The notes below the pieces were generated by a model. The model saw only the letters and a list, made by a program, of their open reading frames with translations. It made no database searches and was not told the origin of the DNA. From Methanococcus maripaludis (lineage in GTDB: Archaea > AGJL01 > Methanococci > Methanococcales > Methanococcaceae), in NCBI RefSeq assembly GCF_002945325.1, contig NZ_CP026606.1, positions 960,001 to 992,000 of the forward strand: a DNA stretch of 32,000 nt, given 5' to 3'. Both the position numbers and the translations under genes were made by a program. Of the stretch, positions 16,898 to 28,989 are shown piece after piece (the first letter of the stretch is position 1; every line of letters begins with the position of its first letter).

Positions 16898-17980
16898 CTA
16901 TCCAAAAATTAAAAATCCATTGAAAATTTCCGTACGCTTTTTCAAGTTTATATCTTTAAAATTATTAATTTCAAAAAATATATCTTTAAAACTAACATTT
17001 GATTGAACTATGTCTAAAGCTGTTTTTTTATCAATATCTAGTTTAAAAAGGATATTTTTATTAACCTTTCTTTTTTTAATAATATTCAATCCAACAAGTT
17101 CATTTAAGTAATTATAAACTGTTGAAGAACTGTATTCTAACATGCCAGCTATTTCCTTGATATTGAATTTTTTTAACAGGAATATTTTTTGGACAATATT
17201 TTTGTATTTTTTAGGCAGAACTTCTGGAATTATTTTTTTCCAGTTTATTTTTAAATCTCGCATATTTTTAAGGTCTCTTTTTGAATTAGCAAGTATCAAA
17301 TCAATTATTTTTAAATTTCCACAACTTATTTTCAAAAGTTCTTCTGAAACTTTTTCTGATATCAAATGGCCTTTATTTTTTGCATAATATATTACTGCAG
17401 CAACACTGTTTGTTTTATGGTTATCAAAATTATTTTTTAAATACGAATAAGCTTCAAAAGGACACCTTAAAACAATACTTATTCCTTCATTTTTCAAAAA
17501 TTGAATAAACCTATTATATGTTTTCAAGTGATTCCATTTTGAAACATCGTGAAGGTCAAATACCAAAATCGGGTTTAAAACTTTCAAAATAGTTATTAAT
17601 TTACCCATTACTTTTTTAAAGTTCCAGTTATTAACATCCTCAAATAAATCTCCAATTACCCTATACCATGCTTTTTTGGCCCTGTAATAATTATTAACGG
17701 ATTTATCAAAATAGACATCGTTTAAATACTTAAAAATATTATCCATCCCTTTAATTTCGAAATTATTTTTAAAAAGGGTCATTTTATCTTTTAAAACGTG
17801 CAAAATGTTCAAAACAGTCTTTTTTAATGACGGACTTCCTAAAACCCTTAAAATTGGAATATCATTGATTATTTTACAATTTCCAACAACATCTGATTCC
17901 AAAACAGAGCTCCTGCTAACAGGCTGAATCCAGATATCATTTGTTGCATAAATTTCGGGTTTATTGTAAATAATTTCCAT
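16898..17980 (-). CDS. Degenerate AAA+-like protein with a C-terminal wHTH (possible inactive Orc1/Cdc6 paralogue)
   Basis: About 360 aa, very N/K/I-rich. Motifs seen:
- P-loop-like GSPSLKKT, lacking the GK[ST] lysine context
- Walker-B-like ILVFDLHD
- SCGNLKIIDLILAN at the position of the Orc GDARKAIDLL box, with the arginine lost
- wHTH IKEIAGMLEYSSSTVYNYLNELVGLNIIKK

The tracked start at 17989 is GTG. The ATG at 17980, preceded by gtga, is preferred. It lies within 15 bp of the MCM stop. Confidence 0.55.
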   Translation of the reverse strand: MEIIYNKPEIYATNDIWIQPVSRSSVLESDVVGNCKIINDIPILRVLGSPSLKKTVLNILHVLKDKMTLFKNNFEIKGMDNIFKYLNDVYFDKSVNNYYRAKKAWYRVIGDLFEDVNNWNFKKVMGKLITILKVLNPILVFDLHDVSKWNHLKTYNRFIQFLKNEGISIVLRCPFEAYSYLKNNFDNHKTNSVAAVIYYAKNKGHLISEKVSEELLKISCGNLKIIDLILANSKRDLKNMRDLKINWKKIIPEVLPKKYKNIVQKIFLLKKFNIKEIAGMLEYSSSTVYNYLNELVGLNIIKKRKVNKNILFKLDIDKKTALDIVQSNVSFKDIFFEINNFKDINLKKRTEIFNGFLIFG

Positions 17981-17995
17981 GATTTTCACGAATTT

Positions 17996-20014
17996 TTAAA
18001 TTATCCTGAATTTTCCAGTCTTAGGTTCATCAATGTCCCCATTACTTTTAAGCTTTTTAATCGAAAGTAGGATATGTTCTTCATCAATTCCTTTTGATTT
18101 TCCAGCTTCTACGATTTCATCAATTATTACAAGATCGTTATCACTTTTTTCAGCAAGTGCTTTTATTAAATCATATACGCCCATCATCTTACTTCTATCT
18201 TTTTTTCCAACTCCTGAAATTTTATCGACATCAAATTGTCCGGTTTCAGGATCATATGCAGTTTCTTTTAAAGATTCAGTAATTATTGAAATGGCTTCAT
18301 TTGCGTCTTCTTCGTCAACAACATCTTTTAATTTTGCTTTTGCATGCGCTTCTGCAATACGGATTGCCGCTTCAAGCTGTCTTGCAGTAATTTGAACAGA
18401 ACCTTTTCTCATGTTTAAATAAAATTCAGTGAGAAGCTTTTCAGCACTTTCTGAAATTATTGGCGATTTAGTTTTTGCATATTCTATATATTTTATTACA
18501 AAATCCCTGTCAATCAAGACATCATCGACTATAATATGGTCGAGTTTCATATTTTTCGAAACTTCTTTACTTAAATATGCTCTATGAACATTGATAATGT
18601 GCTGTGCAATGTCTTTATCTTTTGATCGATCTGCTTCATCTTTTATCGGGAATATTAAATCAAACCTGCTCAGCATAGGTGCAGGAATATTTATCTGTTC
18701 AGGAATCGAGACATTTGGGTCAAATCTACCCCATCTCGGGTTACATGCTGCAATAATTGCACATTCTGATGGCAATTTTGCATTAATTCCACCTTTACTG
18801 ACATGTATTGTCTGAGATTCCATAGCTTCAAGAACAAATGTTTGAAGGTCCCGATTAACTGTAAGCTCATCAATACATGCAGTTCCTTTATTTGCTTTAA
18901 CTAAAAGCCCAGGTTTAATAACCCAGGTATCGTCTCCAATTTCTGTTTTTTCACGAATAACTGCAGCAGTTAAACCAACACCTGATGCAGTAGTGGCTGA
19001 CCCGTACAAATTTCCAGGAATTTCAGCAATTTTTCTAAGCATAACTGATTTTCCAATACCTGGATCAGTAATTAAAAGCAAGTGGCTGTCAGCTCTTTTG
19101 TTTCCTTTTTTAACTCCTTTAACTTGCTGTAAAAATATCGCTTTTTTGATAATTTCATAACCTTTAATTTCAGGAATCAGCCTTTCAGATAATATATCTA
19201 TTACTTTTGGATTTTTTCCAACTTTTTCGATATTTTTGATATCTTCTTCATTTAAATCTGCTTCAATTTTATCTTCTAAAACTTCACAATTAATTCCTTT
19301 AACATAAATATCATAAATCGGGATATTTTTGTTTTTCTGGTTTTTTATTGGAATTCCTGTAACTTTTACACGCCCACAATAAATTCCAGGGCTGTGTTCT
19401 AAAAATACAGTAATATATTTGGGTGGCTCTTCAGGGTCGCCCATAGAATCAAGGGGCTGTTGAACTTTAATTTCCTGAAAATCAATATATTCAGATTCGT
19501 CCTCAATTAAAGTCATATTTTGTGCACATTTTGGACATATTGGTTCAAAATAAGCTTCAAATGGATTTTCAACTTCCTGTATTTTTTTTTCGCCACATTG
19601 TGTGCATACGTAAGTTGCCTTTTTTAAGGCTGATTTTATTTTTGTCGCGATAACAATTATTCCTTCAAATTCAATCAATTTTCCAAGAGTGCCACTTTTA
19701 ATATCTTCAATAGTATAATTTTGCTTTTTTTCTGATTTATTAAATTCTTCAGGTATGTTTTTTACAGTAATTACAATATCGGGCTTTTCCGTTTTTATTG
19801 AATAATATGCATCCCTGTAACACTCTTCAAGGAGTTCTATTCCTTCTTTTGGAAATTCTTCTAAAAACTCTATAAAGTCAATTACACCATGTTTATAGAT
19901 ATTATCTATATCAATGGCTACTTTCTTTTTTTCCGAGATAATATCTTGAAAATTTAGCGTTTTTAAGCATTCTGTAAGTCTTGGCCGAATATTTTGAATC
20001 TGTTTATCATCCAT
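17996..20014 (-). CDS. mcm: Replicative helicase MCM
   Basis: Zn finger CTQCG...CPKCA, Walker A DPGIGKS, Walker B CIDEL and arginine finger SRFDL. The tracked ORF extends to 20086, but a consensus TTTATATA box (minus strand, 20060-20067) lies inside that extension. The ATG at 20014 (MDDKQIQ) has a gtga RBS. Confidence 0.92.
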   Translation of the reverse strand: MDDKQIQNIRPRLTECLKTLNFQDIISEKKKVAIDIDNIYKHGVIDFIEFLEEFPKEGIELLEECYRDAYYSIKTEKPDIVITVKNIPEEFNKSEKKQNYTIEDIKSGTLGKLIEFEGIIVIATKIKSALKKATYVCTQCGEKKIQEVENPFEAYFEPICPKCAQNMTLIEDESEYIDFQEIKVQQPLDSMGDPEEPPKYITVFLEHSPGIYCGRVKVTGIPIKNQKNKNIPIYDIYVKGINCEVLEDKIEADLNEEDIKNIEKVGKNPKVIDILSERLIPEIKGYEIIKKAIFLQQVKGVKKGNKRADSHLLLITDPGIGKSVMLRKIAEIPGNLYGSATTASGVGLTAAVIREKTEIGDDTWVIKPGLLVKANKGTACIDELTVNRDLQTFVLEAMESQTIHVSKGGINAKLPSECAIIAACNPRWGRFDPNVSIPEQINIPAPMLSRFDLIFPIKDEADRSKDKDIAQHIINVHRAYLSKEVSKNMKLDHIIVDDVLIDRDFVIKYIEYAKTKSPIISESAEKLLTEFYLNMRKGSVQITARQLEAAIRIAEAHAKAKLKDVVDEEDANEAISIITESLKETAYDPETGQFDVDKISGVGKKDRSKMMGVYDLIKALAEKSDNDLVIIDEIVEAGKSKGIDEEHILLSIKKLKSNGDIDEPKTGKFRII

Positions 20015-20059
20015 TATTTTCACAAATTTTCTGGTACCTTTCACATATGTTACCAGTAC

Positions 20060-20067
20060 TATATAAA
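20060..20067 (-). promoter_or_regulatory. Consensus archaeal TATA box (TTTATATA) for mcm
   Basis: The plus strand reads tatataaa. The box is 46 nt upstream of the ATG at 20014. The TATA-like box upstream of the Orc1/Cdc6-like gene has the same geometry. Confidence 0.55.
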
Positions 20068-20226
20068 TTTTTGAAGTTATTTTCAAAAGTTAAAATTTAC
20101 TAATTTAATATTGAACAATTCCTTAAAAATGCATTAATTATCTAAAAAATGGTTTTTAAAAGTTTTTAACAAAAAGTAAGAATTATATATTCGAAAATTC
20201 AATATTATAACATATGGGGTGATACA

Positions 20227-20865
20227 ATGGATTTTGAACGGGCATTTAAGTTCCCGACGGACGATCCAGATTGGATCAAAAAAGTTGTTATTGGTGCGAT
20301 ATTATCTATAATTCCAATAGTAAACTTTATTTCATTTGGCTATGCGCTAGAACTTCTTAAAAATATAATTGATTCAAAAGAAGAACTTCCAGAATGGTCT
20401 GAATTTGGCGGTAAATTTGTAAAAGGGCTAGTTGCCGTTATAATCTATATAATATATATGATAATTCCAGCAATAATTATGTTTGTATTTGGCGGAACTT
20501 CAATAATGGCAATGGCTAATGGTCACGATGCAGCAATTGCAGGCGGTATTGTTGGCTTTGGTATTACAATGCTTTTAGTAATATTGCTTGCATTTGTAAT
20601 TGGATTTATTATTCCAATGGCAATTGCAAATTACATCGCATACGATGAATTTGGAGCAGCATTTAGATTTTCACAAATATTTGATAAAATAAAAGATAAT
20701 TTTTCAGATTATATAATAATGTATTTAATAATAATTGTTGTAGGTGCAGTTTCTGGCTTTTTAGCAGGATTAATTCCATTTATTGGAATGCTAATTGCAG
20801 TATTCATCAATTTTTACATTAGTTTAGTATATGCATTTATTTTAGGTAAGATTTATATTAAATAA
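20227..20865 (+). CDS. Polytopic membrane protein (DUF4013-like), function unknown
   Basis: 212 aa with about 5-6 hydrophobic helices and a strong ggggtga RBS. Confidence 0.75.
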   Translation: MDFERAFKFPTDDPDWIKKVVIGAILSIIPIVNFISFGYALELLKNIIDSKEELPEWSEFGGKFVKGLVAVIIYIIYMIIPAIIMFVFGGTSIMAMANGHDAAIAGGIVGFGITMLLVILLAFVIGFIIPMAIANYIAYDEFGAAFRFSQIFDKIKDNFSDYIIMYLIIIVVGAVSGFLAGLIPFIGMLIAVFINFYISLVYAFILGKIYIK

Positions 20866-20931
20866 CCTAAAATAACATTTTAATTAAAAAAATAACATAT
20901 TTTCTTTTTTTAAAATTTTAAAAATCGAGTT

Positions 20932-22380
20932 TTAGTTTATATTTATTAGTTTTTCAGACCAAATTTTCAAATATTTTTCGAAAGTTTTAGAATCTTCATT
21001 AATTTTTTCAGGCTTAATTTCTGGAATATCTATATCAAAATCAAGTTTCATCGTGGCGTTACAAAATTCTTCGTAATCGATTTCAACTTCTGGAATGAGC
21101 CCTCTTTTATTATCAACATTTACATTTAGTTTATTTACGCCGATTAAATCAATATTTAAATCATCCGCAATTTTTTTAACTTTATCAAGTAATTCTGCAT
21201 TATAAACCCTGTTCAATATAATTCCAGCGACATTAACGCCCATTTCTTTTAATAACGAGTAGTAAGCCATACATTCAACAAAAGATCCTTCAATTCCTGT
21301 TTTACTACATGATGATATAATATATACTGGAAAACCTAAAATTTTCGAAACTTCTGATCCGCTATAGTTTTTCTTATTTAGGGCTCCAGTAAATGCACCC
21401 ATGACACCTTCTATAATATAATTATTAAATTCGGAATTTTTGACAAATTCTAAAAATTCGGACGGTTCAGACCAGCCTCGATCTGAGATTTTAATACTGC
21501 TAAATTTAGTCATGGGTTCTCTTAAAAGATATAATGAAGGCACAATATCCCTTACATCAGGACCTATTTTTGAAACAAAAGTTTTTCCTTTTAATTTTGA
21601 GCAGATACTCGTTGAAAGAAATGTTTTTCCACTTTCAGAACCCGTTGCAAGTAATATTATTCCTTTTTTATCTTCTGATTCAGTTTTGAAGTTTTCAGAG
21701 ATTTTGGATCTGTTTTTTAGTTTTTCCTTTAAAATTGAATTTTTCTTAAAAATATTTTGTTTTTCATCTTCAGTAATTTTCATGTTTTTTAAAAAATTTT
21801 TAACAACGAAATTATTATCGAGTAAATTATGAACCATCGTTCCATAAACTTTATTTTTAAAAACACCGGACAAAATATTCTGTTTTCCAACCATTTTGTA
21901 GTTTAATTTTTCAATTTTTGAAGTTGTCCATTTTTCAGTTGAATTATTGGTAATTTCAATGTTTCCATAGGTGTGGCAGTGAAAACCGTGTCCTAATTGA
22001 TTTTTTTTACCAAATAAATTATCATTTTCAAAGTTAAATTTTACTAAATCTGTACAAATTAATGGCGAAAATTCAACGTTCAAAAGGCCGAGTCCTTCTT
22101 TTACAATTGGAACGGGGCTTTTTCTTCCAATATCAATTTTTTCAGAGAGTATTTGAAATCCACTGCATATTCCAACAATATAATTATCAAAATCTAAAAT
22201 CTGTTTTTTAAATTCCTCAGTAAAAGATCCGCTTTCAACAATACTTCCCCCAGGTATTATCAGCATTTCAAGGTTTTTTATCTCTGAAATGTTGTTTTCA
22301 TCAATAATTTTTGTCGGGAGGTTTCCAAAATTTTCAAAACAAGGTAGTGTTCCTTTAATATCAATTAATCCAATTTCCAT
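20932..22380 (-). CDS. CobB/CobQ-like glutamine amidotransferase fused to a CbiA/CobQ-type P-loop domain, in inverted order
   Basis: 482 aa. The N-terminal domain is GATase-3-like (IIPGGS, GICSGFQIL, GFHCHTYG, GTMVHNLLDN). A K/E-rich linker follows. The C-terminal domain has ATGSESGKTFLS and IIEGVMGAFTG. Confidence 0.7.
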   Translation of the reverse strand: MEIGLIDIKGTLPCFENFGNLPTKIIDENNISEIKNLEMLIIPGGSIVESGSFTEEFKKQILDFDNYIVGICSGFQILSEKIDIGRKSPVPIVKEGLGLLNVEFSPLICTDLVKFNFENDNLFGKKNQLGHGFHCHTYGNIEITNNSTEKWTTSKIEKLNYKMVGKQNILSGVFKNKVYGTMVHNLLDNNFVVKNFLKNMKITEDEKQNIFKKNSILKEKLKNRSKISENFKTESEDKKGIILLATGSESGKTFLSTSICSKLKGKTFVSKIGPDVRDIVPSLYLLREPMTKFSSIKISDRGWSEPSEFLEFVKNSEFNNYIIEGVMGAFTGALNKKNYSGSEVSKILGFPVYIISSCSKTGIEGSFVECMAYYSLLKEMGVNVAGIILNRVYNAELLDKVKKIADDLNIDLIGVNKLNVNVDNKRGLIPEVEIDYEEFCNATMKLDFDIDIPEIKPEKINEDSKTFEKYLKIWSEKLININ

Positions 22381-22452
22381 AACGTTCCCCTTTAGAATGA
22401 AATATATATTTTATAAGATATATATGGGATTATAACTAGTTTCGGGTATGTT

Positions 22453-23460
22453 ATGGAATCAATGGAAAAAATTAAGATCGGAATTTTTGTATTATTTGTT
22501 GTTATAATTTCGTTTTCATTAATGTTTATGTATATCGAGGGCTGGACCCTTTTACAGGCAATTTATTTTTCAGTGGCTACAATTTCAACAGTTGGTTATG
22601 GTGATTTTTACCCAACTTCAGAATTTGGCCAACTTTTGACAATTTTGTTTATTGTTTTTGGAGTAAGTACTGGACTTTATACGCTGGGTGCGTTTGCGGA
22701 GTCGTTTATTGGCGGTTATTTTAAAAGATACAACAGGCGGATCAAAATGAAAAAAAGAATAGAAATGCTCGAAAACCACTACATTGTCTGCGGTTATGGT
22801 AGAATTGGCAGGGTTGTAATAGATCGATTAAGGGAAAGTGGTCTTGATTATGTTGCAATTGATAGTAATTCAGAAATTTTAGAAGCAGAATTTGAAAAAG
22901 ATCCAAATTTTAATTATATTGTTGGGGATGCCACACACGATGAATATTTAATAGATGCGCAGATAGACCGTGCAAAAGCACTTATTTCAACAGTTTCAAC
23001 AGATTCAGATAATGTATATATTACACTTTCTTCAAAAAGACTGAATCCGAAATTATATGTCGTTTCAAAAGCAGATGAGCAGGTTGCAATGGATAAATTA
23101 TTAATTGCAGGCGCTGACAAGGTTGTTTCACCTTATATGATTGGAGGTCTCAGGGTTGCGGAACTTGCAATGAAACCTGGGATTTTAGATTTTGTTTCAA
23201 CTTTCATGTCTATTGCAAAATATGAATATGATGAAGATTTGGAAATTAGAAAAATACTAATTGGGAAAAATTCAAAAATTCGCGGAAAAACACTAACTGA
23301 ATCGCAAATACGATATAATAGTAGGGTAACAATTATCGGAATTAAAAAAGAGAATGATTTACTTGTAAATCCAGGTCCTGAGATTATTTTGGAATACAAT
23401 GATCAAATATATGCTTTTGGGACTGGCGAACAATTAGATGTTCTTGAAAGTATGGTTTAA
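22453..23460 (+). CDS. Two-TM K+ channel with RCK/TrkA domains (MthK type)
   Basis: 335 aa with the selectivity filter TVGYGD, the Rossmann motif VCGYGRIGR, and a C-terminal TrkA-C-like domain. Confidence 0.88.
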   Translation: MESMEKIKIGIFVLFVVIISFSLMFMYIEGWTLLQAIYFSVATISTVGYGDFYPTSEFGQLLTILFIVFGVSTGLYTLGAFAESFIGGYFKRYNRRIKMKKRIEMLENHYIVCGYGRIGRVVIDRLRESGLDYVAIDSNSEILEAEFEKDPNFNYIVGDATHDEYLIDAQIDRAKALISTVSTDSDNVYITLSSKRLNPKLYVVSKADEQVAMDKLLIAGADKVVSPYMIGGLRVAELAMKPGILDFVSTFMSIAKYEYDEDLEIRKILIGKNSKIRGKTLTESQIRYNSRVTIIGIKKENDLLVNPGPEIILEYNDQIYAFGTGEQLDVLESMV

Positions 23461-23480
23461 TTATTTTTAAATTAATTTTT

Positions 23481-23488
23481 TTTATATA
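23481..23488 (+). promoter_or_regulatory. Consensus TATA box (TTTATATA) of the rRNA operon promoter
   Basis: Perfect box, about 200 nt upstream of the mature 16S 5' end and upstream of the processing-stem sequence. Confidence 0.6.
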
Positions 23489-23689
23489 CTATCGTTTCAA
23501 ACCTAAAAACATTACACTATCCGAATCATTGACATATTATGCAATTGAAGTGAACATCTGATTGAAATACTCAGGTGCGATGTAAGCCTACAATCTAGGT
23601 GAAACCTAGATAGCAACCAAATGTCATTTCCTTTAATGTAAAATGACGTACTCCACGAGAGGGTGGCGTAAAATTCTTTTACGCTACTA

Positions 23690-25160
<1,471 letters not shown>

Positions 25161-25210
25161 AAAGAACAATGGTTGCTACTAGGCACTAAAAGATTGTAGG
25201 CTTAACGAAT

Positions 25211-25283
<73 letters not shown>

Positions 25284-25387
25284 CTTTTACTAGCAGTCCA
25301 CAATACCGAGTATTATGGACCGAGGACCGGATTTTTAGTGAAGGTCGTGCATAAGCCTCCGTATCTGGTGTTATCCAGATGCCTAGA

Positions 25388-28348
<2,961 letters not shown>

Positions 28349-28404
28349 TGGCATCTGGACACTTAAAGATACGGGGGCAATAGATGCACTTTTAATTTAA
28401 ACTT

Positions 28405-28524
28405 TGACATAACGGTCATAGCGGAGGAGTTACATCCGATCCCATCCCGATCTCGGAAATTAAGCCCTCCTGCGATTCATTAAGTACTGCCATCTGGTGG
28501 GAACAATGTGACGCTGTTAGTCAC
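28405..28524 (+). rRNA. rrf: 5S rRNA (ends approximate)
   Basis: The terminal helix pairs tgacataacggtc with gacgctgttagtca. Internal ccgatcccatcccgatctcgg is typical of 5S. Confidence 0.9.
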
Positions 28525-28532
28525 TTTTTTTT
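28524..28532 (+). terminator. Oligo-T tract after 5S
   Basis: A run of 8 T directly follows the 5S terminal helix. This is the archaeal intrinsic termination signal type. Confidence 0.5.
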
Positions 28533-28579
28533 ATTCATTTCATTTTTCGAGTTTTCGGGTAGCATATACTCAAACTCAT

Positions 28580-28822
28580 GGCAAGGGGGCTGGTGACTAT
28601 CCACTGGGAGGAAGCTCTGCCCACCCAATTGTGTAGATTTCCTGAGAAGGAATGAATAGGGTATAGAAACGACACGGTTCTAAGAAATATGACTATGATA
28701 TTTTCAAAATTGAGGATTCTTAGAAAATCGATGAAACGACCTTATTTTACACGGGTGCAAGCATATGTGCTAAGCTGAATGTCACCGAAATTACAGAAGG
28801 CAGGCTATAGCCCCGATGCCAT
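28580..28822 (+). ncRNA. rnpB: RNase P RNA (archaeal type M-like)
   Basis: Conserved elements seen: a 5' gggggctggtgac, a CR-I-like gggaggaagctctgccc, and a CR-V-like ttacagaaggcaggctatagcccc. The terminal helix pairs gggggct (28585-28591) with agcccc (28809-28814) and can be extended by ggca/tgcc. No ORF is present. The ends are approximate. Confidence 0.75.
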
Positions 28823-28989
28823 TTCAAAAAAATTTACAAAATTTTAAACATTTTCAAAATAATTTTTTAACCTGTGCTATACAAACAATTATTTTATAAT
28901 TGGTACCCCCATAACCAAGTTAAAACTATATATTCTTTTAAGACATAACTCTTTAACCTACGTTTAATCCAACTTTAATCGTGATAATC

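Noticed and set aside
13910-17989. Reading the AAA+ ATPase, wHTH and wHTH-ATPase-like genes as a defence island or integrated mobile element.
   Set aside because: There are no integrase, nuclease, toxin or tRNA-attachment signatures. The flanking genes are core housekeeping genes in tight operon-like arrays. The motif order fits Orc1/Cdc6 better. This is kept only as a low-probability alternative in the main finding.
18033-18395. Antisense 'shadow' ORFs inside real genes. Examples are 18033-18395, 8137-8625, 9817-10308, 21440-21832, 14052-14333 and 6952-7362.
   Set aside because: Each lies fully inside a well-supported CDS on the opposite strand. Their composition is Ser/Phe/Ile/Leu-rich, as expected from reading AT-rich codons backwards. 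None has independent signals.
17996-20014. Possible inteins in MCM, and likewise in PolD DP2, since both host inteins in some archaea.
   Set aside because: The Walker A, Walker B and arginine-finger regions of MCM and the DP2 catalytic region are contiguous. Protein lengths are normal. No Cys/Ser...HN-Cys/Ser/Thr splice-junction blocks or homing-endonuclease motifs were seen.
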